DNA of 64,000 nt from Prorocentrum cordatum (Eukaryota), in assembly GCA_963575745.1 (NCBI GenBank), contig CAUYUJ010000004.1, positions 496,001-560,000 on the forward strand, written 5' to 3'. Both the position numbers and the translations under genes were made by a program. The notes beneath the pieces are model-generated. The model was not told the origin of the DNA. It worked only from the letters and a program-made list of their open reading frames with translations, and did no database searches. Shown piece after piece: positions 1 to 10,196 of this stretch. The number at the start of each line of letters is the position of its first letter. Positions within the stretch are counted from its first letter, which is position 1.

Positions 1-1
1 C

Positions 2-3000
2 GCTGCTCGACCTGGTACGCCCAAGGGGGACGCTCACCCCGTCTCGCTTCTGTCGGAGGCGAACGGCTCGGCTCCAGCTTCGTTGGGGGGTCTTCTGGGT
101 CGTCCGTCCGTCACGACTCAGACTCGCCACCGCCAAGATCGTGCCGCCAAACTTGTTGCCGCGCTCGATTTGCTCCACCTGGAGCGCGGTGCGACCACTG
201 ATCGCGTGAACGCTCAGTTTCGACGGATGGGTTGGGCCTGCCATCCCGACCGCGATAAGTCGATCGAGGCCAGCAGGAAATGGCGTGCTCTCTGTGACGC
301 CAAAGCCTTCCTCCTCGGGCCTGGGCGCGATGTTACCGGCCCCGATGCCCCGGCCTCTGGCGGCGCTACTCGCCGTGCTTTGGGCAGAGGGCTCTTGGCG
401 GCGGGAAGGCGTGACGACGCGAACCGCTCGCGCGGGGTCGCCACTCGGGATTCGGCTCTCGACGCCTCCCTCGGTGCTCGCCTCCGCGGCATGCCGGGGG
501 AGCGTCGGAGCGCCCCTGGCGCGTCTCCAGACGCAGAGCCGAGCGCGGTCGCTAGCTGCAGCGACCCAGGGTCGCGGGCTGCGCCACGTTGTACGGTGCA
601 GACCCCCGCGATGCCTACTGCCGCCATGCGACGCACGCAAGCTCGCCCGGAGGCCGACCTGGGGGCCGCCCGTACCGCGGCCGCGGTGCTCCCGCCCTTT
701 CGAGCCAGCACCCTGCCCCCCCTGCCAGGGTGCCGCGCCGACGCCCATAGCGTCGCGCCGCGCGCCAGCTCTGCACCTGCCCTGCTGGCCGGGCGCTCGC
801 TGGGCGCAGCGGCTATGCTGCGTGCTACCCGCGAGCGGACTGCCAGTGCGGCCACCGCCGGGGCGGCACATCACAGGGCCGTGCTTCCGTGGGGCCACAG
901 CGCAGAGCGCAGCGAGGTGTCGCCGGCTCCCAGCTTTGCCGACTCCTGCTGCGCCGGCCAGCGTGCCGACTCTTGCGCCGCCCAGCTCACCGCGTCCCGC
1001 GGCGACCAGCTCACTGACTTGCAGCCCTCCCAGCTCACCGACTCCCGCACCGACCAGCTCGCCGACTCCCGCGCCGACCAGATCGCCGACTCGCGTGCCG
1101 AGGGGCTCGCCGACGCCCGCACCGACCAGCTCGCTGACGCCTTCACCCGTTCCGACTCCCGTGCCGATCCTCTCACCGGATTAGCATTGCGCACCAGCCG
1201 GGTCGTTGGCCCGACGGCCACGGTTGCGAGGCGCGTGCGTGACGAACGGCGCGCTCTGGCGCGGTTCCGTGCCTCGGTCGATGTTCTCGACGCCGCTCTT
1301 ACCGAAGTTGAATTCGGTCGAGGCGCGGAGGCTTGGGGTCCAAGTGCAGGAGAGCTGGCTGAGCTTTTGCAGACGACACTGGCCGAGCTCGAGCGCCAGA
1401 AGGCTGCGTTGCGCATCGCCCGCTCTCGCACTGCCGAGTGCGTCAGAGGGTCCGCTTCCGCCTCGGGCTTTTCGGGTGGAGGCGCCGCCGCAGCCGCTGC
1501 CGGCGCACCCCCGAGAGCTCCCGCCACGGCTGGTAGCGCTACTTTTGCAGCTCAAGCGAAGGAGCGTGCGGATAAGCACACGGCTAGCTATCGCGACGTG
1601 GTCGAGGCTAGGGCTCATTCGGGCGCCCAGGCGTCGCATCCGCGCAAGCGCCGTGGCGTCGGGCGCCCGTGCTCTGCGGCGCCCGTCACGCCACGGACCG
1701 CCATTAGTTGCGATGAGCGCTCCCGCTCCGCAGCACCTGCCGCCACCCGCTCGGCCGCGTTTTCCGAGACGCTGTGCGCTGTTGACCGCAGGCGGCGCGA
1801 GCACTCCCCAGGACTCAGGCCTCTGATCCTGGACGGCACGGACCGCCAGCCGGAAGCCGCGCCGAGCACCGGCGAGGTCGTCGAGGCCCCCCGCGCCGAG
1901 CAACGCGGCCGCACCTCGCGTCGCAAGCGCAGGCGTGTTCGGGCTTCCGCCGGAGCGGCAGCTACCACTCCTGCCAATCCCTCTGGTCAAGAGCCGCCCG
2001 CGTCAGCCTTCGTGGCAGGGCGCCAGGACTGGCCTGCCTCTCTGGAGCCTGCCCTTCCCGAGGGGGCTTCCGAGGCCCTCGGGGTGAAGGTGGAGAGCCA
2101 CTCTCGGCGCGTCCCCTCTTGCGGCGACCAGCGCACTCGTTCGCTTAAGGCGTTTGACGTGTGGTGCGCCGAGCACACAGGAGTGGCACTTGCCACATGG
2201 GCTCGCAGCGGCATCTTGCTCGGGAGAGCGCTCGCGACCTTCGGCGTGTGGTTGTACGATGCTGGCTTCCCCCGCCTCGTCCTCGTGAATGCGATCCGGG
2301 GAGCACAGGCCCTTCAGCCCCACTGGAGGGGCTTCCTCACCGAGGCGTGGGATGTGGCGGAGCGGTGGATCCCTTCCAAGCCTCCCTGTCCCCTCCCACC
2401 GCTACCGCGTGCTCTGCTGCGCGCCATGGTAGCGTTGTGCCTCGCATGGGACTGGCCGGATATGGCCACCCTGCTGCTTGCCGGGTTCACTATGTCCGTG
2501 AGGCCTGGTGAGTTGGCAACCGCCCGCCGGAGCGACCTCACTCTGCCCATTGACCGCCGTGAGTCCACGGGCGACGCTTTGCTGAGCATCTCTGTTCCGG
2601 AGGCCCGGGGGTCTGGCGGAGAGCGTCAACACGCTCGGTGCTCCGATCGTGCTGTGGTCAGGATGATGGAGCTGGTCTTTAGAGATTTGAGTCCCACCGA
2701 TCCCCTATTGACCTTCGGTCAAAGCGGCTTCCGCACTCGGTGGCTCGATCTTCTTTCGGCGCTGGGCGTCCCGCTCGCCAGAGCGCCATCGGGGTTCGAT
2801 CTGTCCCCTGCGCTGCGCTTCAGAACCGATATTTCGGACGGCATTAATCGCGTCTTCTGGCGTGATCGCTGGCGGCTAGCTTCCAGTACAGAGCGCTATC
2901 TCCACGATGCTGCCGCCTCTGCAGTCCTCCCATCATTGGCTGAAGCCGCTCGGGACCGCGTTTCTTACCTCGCCGAAGCAAGCGACCTCCTCGTCGCATC

Positions 3001-3082
3001 CTTTCTGAATGTTGGCCCAGCTGTGTGGCCCATTCAGCTCGCGGCCGCCCGCCGAAACCTTGTCACTTCGCAAGGGCTTTGA
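2..3082 (+). CDS. J-domain / tyrosine recombinase fusion ORF of a DIRS/PAT/Ngaro-like element; frame open off the left edge
   Basis: The N-terminal LDLLHLERGATTDRVNAQFRRMGWACHPDRDKSIEASRKWRALCDAKAFL is a J-domain with HPD (242-250). The C-terminal ~330 aa carry phage-integrase-like motifs: SVRPGELATARRSDL (R at 2501), PALR, WRDRW, TERYLH (Y at 2897). There is no stop in this frame between position 2 and 83. Confidence 0.8.
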   Translation, partial: AARPGTPKGDAHPVSLLSEANGSAPASLGGLLGRPSVTTQTRHRQDRAAKLVAALDLLHLERGATTDRVNAQFRRMGWACHPDRDKSIEASRKWRALCDAKAFLLGPGRDVTGPDAPASGGATRRALGRGLLAAGRRDDANRSRGVATRDSALDASLGARLRGMPGERRSAPGASPDAEPSAVASCSDPGSRAAPRCTVQTPAMPTAAMRRTQARPEADLGAARTAAAVLPPFRASTLPPLPGCRADAHSVAPRASSAPALLAGRSLGAAAMLRATRERTASAATAGAAHHRAVLPWGHSAERSEVSPAPSFADSCCAGQRADSCAAQLTASRGDQLTDLQPSQLTDSRTDQLADSRADQIADSRAEGLADARTDQLADAFTRSDSRADPLTGLALRTSRVVGPTATVARRVRDERRALARFRASVDVLDAALTEVEFGRGAEAWGPSAGELAELLQTTLAELERQKAALRIARSRTAECVRGSASASGFSGGGAAAAAAGAPPRAPATAGSATFAAQAKERADKHTASYRDVVEARAHSGAQASHPRKRRGVGRPCSAAPVTPRTAISCDERSRSAAPAATRSAAFSETLCAVDRRRREHSPGLRPLILDGTDRQPEAAPSTGEVVEAPRAEQRGRTSRRKRRRVRASAGAAATTPANPSGQEPPASAFVAGRQDWPASLEPALPEGASEALGVKVESHSRRVPSCGDQRTRSLKAFDVWCAEHTGVALATWARSGILLGRALATFGVWLYDAGFPRLVLVNAIRGAQALQPHWRGFLTEAWDVAERWIPSKPPCPLPPLPRALLRAMVALCLAWDWPDMATLLLAGFTMSVRPGELATARRSDLTLPIDRRESTGDALLSISVPEARGSGGERQHARCSDRAVVRMMELVFRDLSPTDPLLTFGQSGFRTRWLDLLSALGVPLARAPSGFDLSPALRFRTDISDGINRVFWRDRWRLASSTERYLHDAAASAVLPSLAEAARDRVSYLAEASDLLVASFLNVGPAVWPIQLAAARRNLVTSQGL
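961..1170 (+). repeat. 24-bp coding tandem repeat (DSRADQLA-like units) in the linker of the J/YR ORF
   Basis: Repeated gactcccgc(g/a)ccgaccagctcgcc units; the translation shows DSRTDQLA DSRADQIA DSRAEGLA DARTDQLA. Confidence 0.85.
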
Positions 3083-3093
3083 GCCTGGGTATG

Positions 3094-3527
3094 GCTGCTG
3101 CGGCCTCCCTTGGCCGCCCGGGTGCCCTCGTTGGACGAGGCCGCCTGAGAGCGTCGCACGGCCCGCCCGCGTAGGCCTGTCCCGCTTTACGGGCCGCCGC
3201 GGGCGCGCGCCGCGCGTTCGCCCTGAGACGACTGCTCACTTGCGCAGCGTGCGGGGATGCTCCTTCTTATCCCCATCGCGCCCGCTGATTGCAGTCGTCT
3301 GCAGCTTCTCGGCCCCCTCCCTCTCTCCTCCCTCCTTCTTCGAAGGCTGACCTGCGGCGCTGCTGCGGCCTCCCTTGGCCGCCCGGGTGCCCTCGTTGGA
3401 CGAGGCCGCCTGAGAGCGTCGCACGGCCCGCCCGCGTAGGCCTGTCCCGCTTTACGGGCCGCCGCGGGCGCGCGCCGCGCGTTCGCCCTGAGACGACTGC
3501 TCACTTGCGCAGCGTGCGGGGATGCTC
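3094..3527 (+). repeat. 169-bp direct repeat pair (3094-3262, 3359-3527) separated by 96 bp; split-direct-repeat 3' terminus
   Basis: Both copies read gctgctgcggcctcccttggccgccc...gcagcgtgcggggatgctc. The first starts 12 bp after the recombinase stop. Confidence 0.9.
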
Positions 3528-3613
3528 ATCCTCCTCATCATCCTACCCATCCTCCTCCTCGCCCTCATAGTCCTCATCCTCACCTCCATATGCCGACAGT
3601 GCCCGTTGCGCGC

Positions 3614-5475
3614 TCACGGCTTGCCGCGACGGCCAGTGAAGTTCGGGTCGCGGCACGTGCCGCAGCCATTCGGCAGGTGGCGGCATTTGCTGCGCCCGAG
3701 TGCCATTTGGCCCCGTTTGGCTGCCGCCTTGCCCTTGGGCTTGGCCTTGGCCTTGGCTTTGGCCTTCCCTTTGCCCTTGGCCTTCGGTTTGGCCGTGCCC
3801 TTGGCCGCCGTCTTGCCCTTGCCAGCGCCTGTCTTGCTCTTGCCCTTGATCGCGCTCTTGCCCTTGCCCTTCTTGCCCTTGCCCTTGCCCTTGCCCTTGC
3901 GAGGCAGCTCGCCTTTCGCGCTGCCCGCAGCCAAGGTCTCGATCGCCTGCAGCACAGCATCCTCGTCTCCGTCTGCTGCTGCAGCAGCATCTTCGTTTGG
4001 CGGCGTTGGCGCTGCTGCAGCAGCATCTGGCGCCGCCGCTGACAATGCTGGCCCAGCTGGCGAATCACCAATCGCGGGGGGACTCGCGGGGGGGCTCGCC
4101 GTGGGCGCCGCAGGGCGGCGCGGGAAGAGCTGCAGCTGCAGCTCGTTGGGCGGCGATGGCGGTGGCGCAAACGCTGCCAGCATTTGCTGCATCGCGGCCG
4201 TCGCGTCCATGGGTTGCATTGGCGCTGCAGGCGGCGCGGAGGGTGACCCCGATGGTGTCCATGGCACAATGGCAGTGCTCGGCTGATGCGGTGGGGCGGC
4301 AGCCCGCAAGCCCTTGTTGGTCAGCCTGAGAGGCACGCGGGCCTTGATGGCGTTGAGACCCGCAGGCCGCTTCAGCGGCGCACGCGTAGCATGAAACCTA
4401 TCATGCTCTATGCGAGGTGGACCTAAAGGACCGAGCTCACCGAAGCACCCAATACATCCAGAACAATCAGCGCTGCAGCGCATGACGGGGTGGCAGCAGC
4501 CTCGTAGATGCGATACCACGTTGGCGAGGTCGCGCGTCACATCGATCGGCGGGCCCGCATCGGCGTACGCCGCGTCGAAGATGTGCTGAGGGAGCTGCCG
4601 AGGATCTGCTGGGAAATTCCAAGTCACTGTCGCCGCTTGCCCCGTCGCGCCCCTGCGGCTCGCCAAGAACTGACCCTGTAAAGGGCGACTCGTCGGGAAA
4701 CCCTAACGCTGACGCGCCGCATCGCATTGGCTGCAGTCAGTGCGATATGATGCGTCTGCGTTAGGCGTTCCCGCCGAATCCCAAACCTTCATCTCCGTCA
4801 CGATCCCGTAGAGCTGCCCAGGGTTTGCGTCTGGAAGATGGGCGCATGCCATCAACGCCGCCAACTCTTTCAGCGTGTTCTCGCTCGGAACCGTCAAGCC
4901 GATGGCACCGCAACGTTTGATCAACGCGCGCACCTTCGCGACGATGCTCTGGCTGGGGTCGCGAAATAAACCCCAGTCCTGCATGGTAAAGTCCACCAGC
5001 CTACGAATCGACGCAGGCATGCTGCAGCATGCTAACATAAGTACATTTGAAAAATGAACATGGTAACATACATAAAGTACAGAACAAACAATTAAACCAT
5101 ACATGTGAATAACACTTCGGCTGTCCGATGTGCAAAGCACGATGGATAGCACCGCCCTGACGCGAGCGTCTGCACGCGCATCTGGAGCGCGGGCGTCGCC
5201 GTGCCCACGCGCGCGGCCAGCGCGGCGCTGAGGCGCGCCTTGTGGCTGTCCGCGAAGCCCGACGCGGTGATTCGATTCTGCAGGGTAGCTGCTTGGGCAG
5301 CCCCGATCGTCCCCAAGTTGTGAAGCTGCAGCTGCACGCTCATGGACAAGGCGGACTGGCTCTGCGCCATCGCGTCGGCGGCGATGACGCCGATCTGCGA
5401 TGCGAAGAAGGCGTCGCAGCTGTCCAGGTTATCCAGGATGTGGTTGATGGGTGTGGCCGCAGCCGCGGCAGACAT
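3614..5475 (-). CDS. Multi-exon hypothetical protein with a Lys/Gly/Ala-rich (H1-like) tail and a C-terminal Cys cluster
   Basis: Coding-like segments in ORFs 5092..5640 (MSAAAAATPINHIL..), 4703..5152 (..QDWGLFRDPSQSIVAKVRALIKRCGAIGLTVPSENTLK..) and 3614..4666 (..KGKGKGKK..AKAKAKPK..LGRSKCRHLPNGCGTCRDPNFTGRRG). Exact splice sites were not resolved. Confidence 0.6.
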
Positions 5476-5789
5476 GATGCCCTCCGCGAGGGCGAGGGGG
5501 TGCGCGGACGCTCCGAGGGGAAGCGCGAGGGAGGGCCTCCCACACTGCGAGAGCTGAAGCACTCGGCTGCTGAGGTGGAAGAGAGGCCACAACAGTACAG
5601 ATGCGCTGCAGCGCAACGATCGCATGCAATTAAGGAACACACGTGAGCGCTGCAGCGCTCAGCAGAAATCATCGTCACAAAGTAACATGAAGCGCTGCAG
5701 CGCTATGCATGCGCACCATGATGGAACGCATGGTAGTGGGCAATAGGGAGAGAGATATAGAGTGATGGAAAGGAGAGGAGGGAGATAAT

Positions 5790-6200
5790 GAGGGACACGG
5801 GGGGGAGGGGGGGGGGGGGGGCGGGGGGAGATGCGAGGAGACACGGGAGGGAAGGACACGAGCGCGGGCGGGCGGGCGGGCAGGACACGGGGGGGGGATG
5901 CATGATCATTTGAGGAACACGGAAGGGACGGTGCGAAAGACACGGAGGGGTGGGAGGGACATGGGAGAAACACGGGGGGGGGGCACGGAAGAGACACGGG
6001 AGGGACACGGGAGTTCGGGGGCGAGCGGGCGGACGGACGCGGAAGCGGTGCGGAGGGACACGGGCGGGAGCGCACGGAAGGCACGTGGAGACACGGAAGG
6101 GGCACGGGAGAGACGCGGGAGAGACACGGGAGACGGATAGGTATACACGGGAGCTCGGGAGCGGGCGGGCGGGCAGACACAGGAGGGACACGGAAGGTGT
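5790..6200. repeat. Degenerate G-rich minisatellite (GACACGGG-based)
   Basis: Many gacacggg/ggcacgga units. Confidence 0.8.
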
Positions 6201-6302
6201 CCGAGGAGGGCGCGGGACGGATTCAGGAGATGCGCGAAGTGTGATCAGGAGCAAATACCGAAGCGATCTGGGAGCCTCGAAGGCAGCTGGGACATCGACA
6301 GA

Positions 6303-6455
6303 GGCGTGTCTGTTCAATAGAGGGGGCTATTGAACAGACACGGGCGTGGCTGTTCAATAGAGGGGGCTATTGAACATGGCATGTTCAATAGAGGGGGCTA
6401 TTGAACAGACACGGGCGTGGCTGTTCAATAGAGGGGGCTATTGAACAGACACGCC
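6303..6455. repeat. Array of four identical hairpins TGTTCAATAG-AGGGGG-CTATTGAACA
   Basis: Cores lie at 6311, 6351, 6382 and 6422. The array ends ggcgtgtctgttcaatag / ctattgaacagacacgcc are mutual reverse complements. Confidence 0.95.
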
Positions 6456-7619
6456 GCTGTCAGACAGCATCACCTCTGCAGAGGGGCACCGACGCTCTCA
6501 GATCGCTTCACCCGAAGCTCCCGTTCGACCTCAGATCAGCCATCCTGATGCCAACATCCAGCACTCCAGCCCACCCCAACGCCCACCCACGCAGTCCCAG
6601 AACACTGTCCACACTGCTGATTTCGAGGTGGGAGTGAAACTAAGAGAGGCGCGAAGTACATCACGCGGCGCTGCTGCAGCAGCGTCGCGACGAGGTTGAC
6701 GATGCCGACACCGCTGTCAACTGCAAAGATTTACGCTCACGGCTCTGCTGCAGCAGCGTCGCGATGGCTCGAGACTGCTGAGGACAAGGCTGATGGGAGC
6801 TGGTGAGGCTGCCAGGAGGCCATGGGGGGAGCTACTCGGCGGCGCAACGAACTGTGCTGAAGGGGGGCAGGGAGAGTGGCGAAGGGCGATGCGATGCGAG
6901 ACTGTTTGCCATCTGAAGTGCCCCAGGACCCCCCCAAGTGCCCCCAAACTTTCCTGGCCAATCCAAGGCCGACCCCTGGCACATCAGCCCATGCAAAAAA
7001 TGTCAGCGGATCAGGATGTGAACGTCGACGATGGCAGATAGATGTGATGAGGATATCGGAGCGCCTTTCTGGGCGACAGCGCGGGCGCACCACGCGATCT
7101 GGCGCACGAAATATAACCTGGCCTAAAACACATGCATGCGTCGGCAGGCTATGCTCGCGAACTGATCCAATCCACCCCCCCATTGCTCCCATTGATCTTA
7201 CATGTTGGGTTGCTACAGCATGTATCCTATCACTATGCGTCGTTGTCCCCCTCGCTCACGGGAGAGTGGATACCCGCTGCAGCGGGCATCCTGTCTACCG
7301 TCTCTCTCCAATGTGTCTTCACTCCACCCCCACGCTGCGTCTCCATCGTCCCCCTCGCATTCCCTATGTATATCACGTCTCCCCCCTGTCTACCTCTACT
7401 ATAGTCCCCCCTCTCCCCCTGTCTACCTCTACTGAGTTACCGTCCCATTCCGTCGCCCATGTAGTGGAATGCTCCGCGGCGGCCCCCCATGCCCCGCGGT
7501 GGCGCGCCGCGGCTCTCATGTGGGCGCTGCAGCGCCGAGGGCGTCTCCGCCTCCGCGGCCTCCGCCTCCGCCGCCGAGCGCCTCCGCCTCCGCGGCCTCA
7601 TCCGCGGCCTCCTCCCTCC

Positions 7620-8267
7620 TCATGAGGCGCCCCTCGGCGCCTGCGCCTCCTCGGCGGCCTCCTCGCCGACGCCGCCGCCCTGGCCGACCCAGACCTCTGC
7701 TGGGCCAGCGTAGTACTCCTCGGCCAGGGCGGCGGCGTCGGCGTACTCGCCCGCCAGCAGCAGCTCGCAGAGCTGCTGCGCCCTGTTGAACCAGCCGCCC
7801 CGCCGCCCTTGCCCTTGCCCTTGCCCTTGGACAAGTTTGCCGCCCTTGCTCTTGTCCTTGCCCTTGCCCTTGCAAGGTGGGCCGCCGCCGTCCTTGTCCT
7901 TGTCCTTGCCCTTGCCCTTGCAAGGTGGGCCGCCGACGTCCTTGTCCTTGTCCTTGCCCTTGCCCTTTCTGCAAGGTGGGCCGCCGACGTCCTTGTCCTT
8001 GTCCTTGCCCTTGCCCAAGGCGCAAGGTGGGCCGCCGACGTTGTCCTTGTCCTTGTCCTTGCCCTTGCCCAAGGCGCGGCCGACGCTGCCATGCGGGGCG
8101 GCGCGCGACGGCCGCGGCCGCGCCTTGGCCGCGGCCGCGGCCGCGAGCAGCGCGCCTGGCGGCGGCGCCGCAGGCGGCGTCGGCCGCATGCGGCCGACGC
8201 CGCCGTCGTCGCTGTCGAACTCCTCGAAGTCCTCGTCGTAGCTGTCGAACTCCTCGAGCGACGCCAT
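7620..8267 (-). CDS. Small protein: acidic N-terminus, KGKGKDKDKDVGGPPC repeats, C-terminal helical motif
   Basis: ATG at 8267 (MASLEEFDSYDEDFEEF), then four to five tandem Lys/Asp/Gly repeats, then GGWFNRAQQLCELLLAGEYADAAALAEEYYAG. Confidence 0.6.
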   Translation of the reverse strand: MASLEEFDSYDEDFEEFDSDDGGVGRMRPTPPAAPPPGALLAAAAAAKARPRPSRAAPHGSVGRALGKGKDKDKDNVGGPPCALGKGKDKDKDVGGPPCRKGKGKDKDKDVGGPPCKGKGKDKDKDGGGPPCKGKGKDKSKGGKLVQGQGQGQGRRGGWFNRAQQLCELLLAGEYADAAALAEEYYAGPAEVWVGQGGGVGEEAAEEAQAPRGAS

Positions 8268-8300
8268 CGCTGCAGCGAGGCTGCAGCTCGCCAAGCTGCA

Positions 8301-8424
8301 TGATGGGCTTGGTTTCCACCACCAGTACCATAAGTTGGAGGGAGAGGTCCTCCTCCTCCTCTTCTTTCTCCTCCTCCTCCTTCTCCAACATATGGTATAG
8401 TGGTGGTGGAAACCAGTCCCATCA
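8301..8424. mobile_element. 124-bp TG...CA miniature element with ~40-bp imperfect TIRs and a 5-bp target-site duplication CTGCA
   Basis: Left end tgatgggcttggtttccaccaccagtaccataagttggag versus right-end reverse complement tgatgggactggtttccaccaccactataccatatgttggag. CTGCA occurs at 8296-8300 and 8425-8429. Confidence 0.75.
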
Positions 8425-8679
8425 CTGCAGCTGAAGCTGCACTCGGGCGCGCGGGCGCGCGACGCTGCAGCGCGCGAAGCTGCAGCTGCAGCTGCGCGGA
8501 ACAAAAACAGCGGCGGTGCCAACGACGAATACGATGGCGACGACGCTGACGACGATGGACCCCTGCTAACCAATCGACTGACCCCCCAAAGTAACATCAC
8601 CCCGCAAAGTAACATCACCCCCAACTGAACCTCCGAAGGCCAACGACTGGATTGACCTCCCCAGGGCTGCCCCCTCAGG

Positions 8680-9200
8680 ATAGGAGGAGGAGGGGGAGGA
8701 GGATGAGGGGGAGGAGGAGGATTGGAGGGAGAGGAGGAGGGGGGGGAGGAGGGGGGGCAGGAGAAGGAGGAGGAGGAGGAGGAGGAGGACACTGATGAGG
8801 AGGAGAAGAAGGAGAGGGAGGAGGAGGAGAAGGAGGAGGAGAAGGAGGAGTAGGAGAATGAGAGGGAGGATGAGGAGGAGGAGGAGGAGGAGGAGGAGGA
8901 GGAGGAGGGAGTATGCGGAGGCAGGAATAGGCAGAAGGATCGGGGGGGCGGGGCATGGGTGCCAACTGGTTGTCTTCCTCCTCCTCCTCCTCGTCATACT
9001 CCTCGTCCTCGGCCTCCTTCTCCTCCTCCTCCTCATCATCATCATCATCCTGCTCCCCCTTCCCCTGCTCCGAGGTGCTGGCAGCGAGCGGTGGGAACCT
9101 GTGAAAATGAGGGCGTTCCAGAACGTCGTCCTCAATGTCGTCGTCCTCCTGATCACCCTCCTCCTCCTCATCATCATCCTCCCTCCACCTTCTTCTCCTG
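8680..9200. repeat. (GGA)n / (CCT)n / (CAT)n microsatellite tracts
   Basis: Direct reading. Confidence 0.9.
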
Positions 9201-9332
9201 CATGCACTGCTCTGAATTACGTCGTCTTTAACGCCGTCGTCGTTGTCTCTGTCGCCGTCGCCGCCGTCGCGATGCTGTATCCGACTGAAACAGTGGTGCT
9301 GCAGCACTGACCGCGCGCGCGCCGCGCGCCCG

Positions 9333-9686
9333 TCACTTCCGCGGCTTCTTCGCGACGTGGTATTGGACTGCCAGCGCAAACGCTGCCTCGCGGTCCCCGC
9401 GCTGAAGCGCTTCCCGAATCATGTCGCACACAAGCTTCCACATGCCAACCTTGGTATCAGCATCGCGCTTGCGCGCGGCTGCAGCCGCGCGCGGGGCTGG
9501 CACATCACTGGCGGCTGCAGCCGCGGTCCTCGTCGACGTCGGAGGCGGCGGTGGCGGCGGCGGCGGCGGAGGAGGGGGAGTAGCCGCATATGTCGCATCC
9601 GATGCAGCGGACTTCGCCTTCGGCGGCGGCACTGGCTCCGAGGGAAGCCGCCATGGCGGCGTCGCTGCACTCATGTTGGCAGCCAT
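9333..9686 (-). CDS. Small Pro/Ala-rich protein with a C-terminal helical motif related to that of 7620-8267
   Basis: MAANMSAATPPWRLP...GMWKLVCDMIREALQRGDREAAFALAVQYH. Confidence 0.5.
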   Translation of the reverse strand: MAANMSAATPPWRLPSEPVPPPKAKSAASDATYAATPPPPPPPPPPPPPTSTRTAAAAASDVPAPRAAAAARKRDADTKVGMWKLVCDMIREALQRGDREAAFALAVQYHVAKKPRK

Positions 9687-10196
9687 TGATGTTCTGATCA
9701 CAGGTGGCTGCGAACCACATGCAATAACATAAAGCGAACATGCGGGCTGCAAGCGCGATCGAAGCGCTACATCAACACGCCAGACACACAAAATGTAAGT
9801 CAGCGCTGCAGCGCGACGCAAAAATCTGATATCGGCACGCCAGACACCCGAACGTAAATCAGCGCTGCAGCACGATGGACTCCAAACACACGAAACGTAA
9901 GTCAGCGCTGCAGCGCCGTGAGGTCACACATCGACGGCGGCAACGCGTGAGAGGCACACTTGATCGTAGTGTCGTCGTGCTGCAGCACGCTTGATCATAC
10001 CAACGATTCGCAATGACACCAACAGTAGCGAACATTGGGGGGATCCACCAACAATCCGCAATTATTATCCCAATCCTCCTCTTCCTTCTCCTCCTCGCCC
10101 TCGTCCTCGTGCTCGTCCTCCTCGCTGCCATTCTCAATCGCACTGCCGACCGTGATCGCACGCCCCAGCGATGCGGTCGACCGAGCGCGCCGCAGC

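Noticed and set aside
214..2632. Antisense and alternate-frame ORFs over the J/YR gene (and similar shadows throughout the window)
   Set aside because: Expected in very GC-rich DNA; they show no motifs.
3614..3960. DVNP (dinoflagellate viral nucleoprotein)
   Set aside because: Lys-rich, but lacks the DVNP core (VFxGxKEKTxGGL..).
6303..6455. CRISPR array
   Set aside because: The linkers are only 5-14 nt and two are identical; there are no cas genes and the context is eukaryotic.
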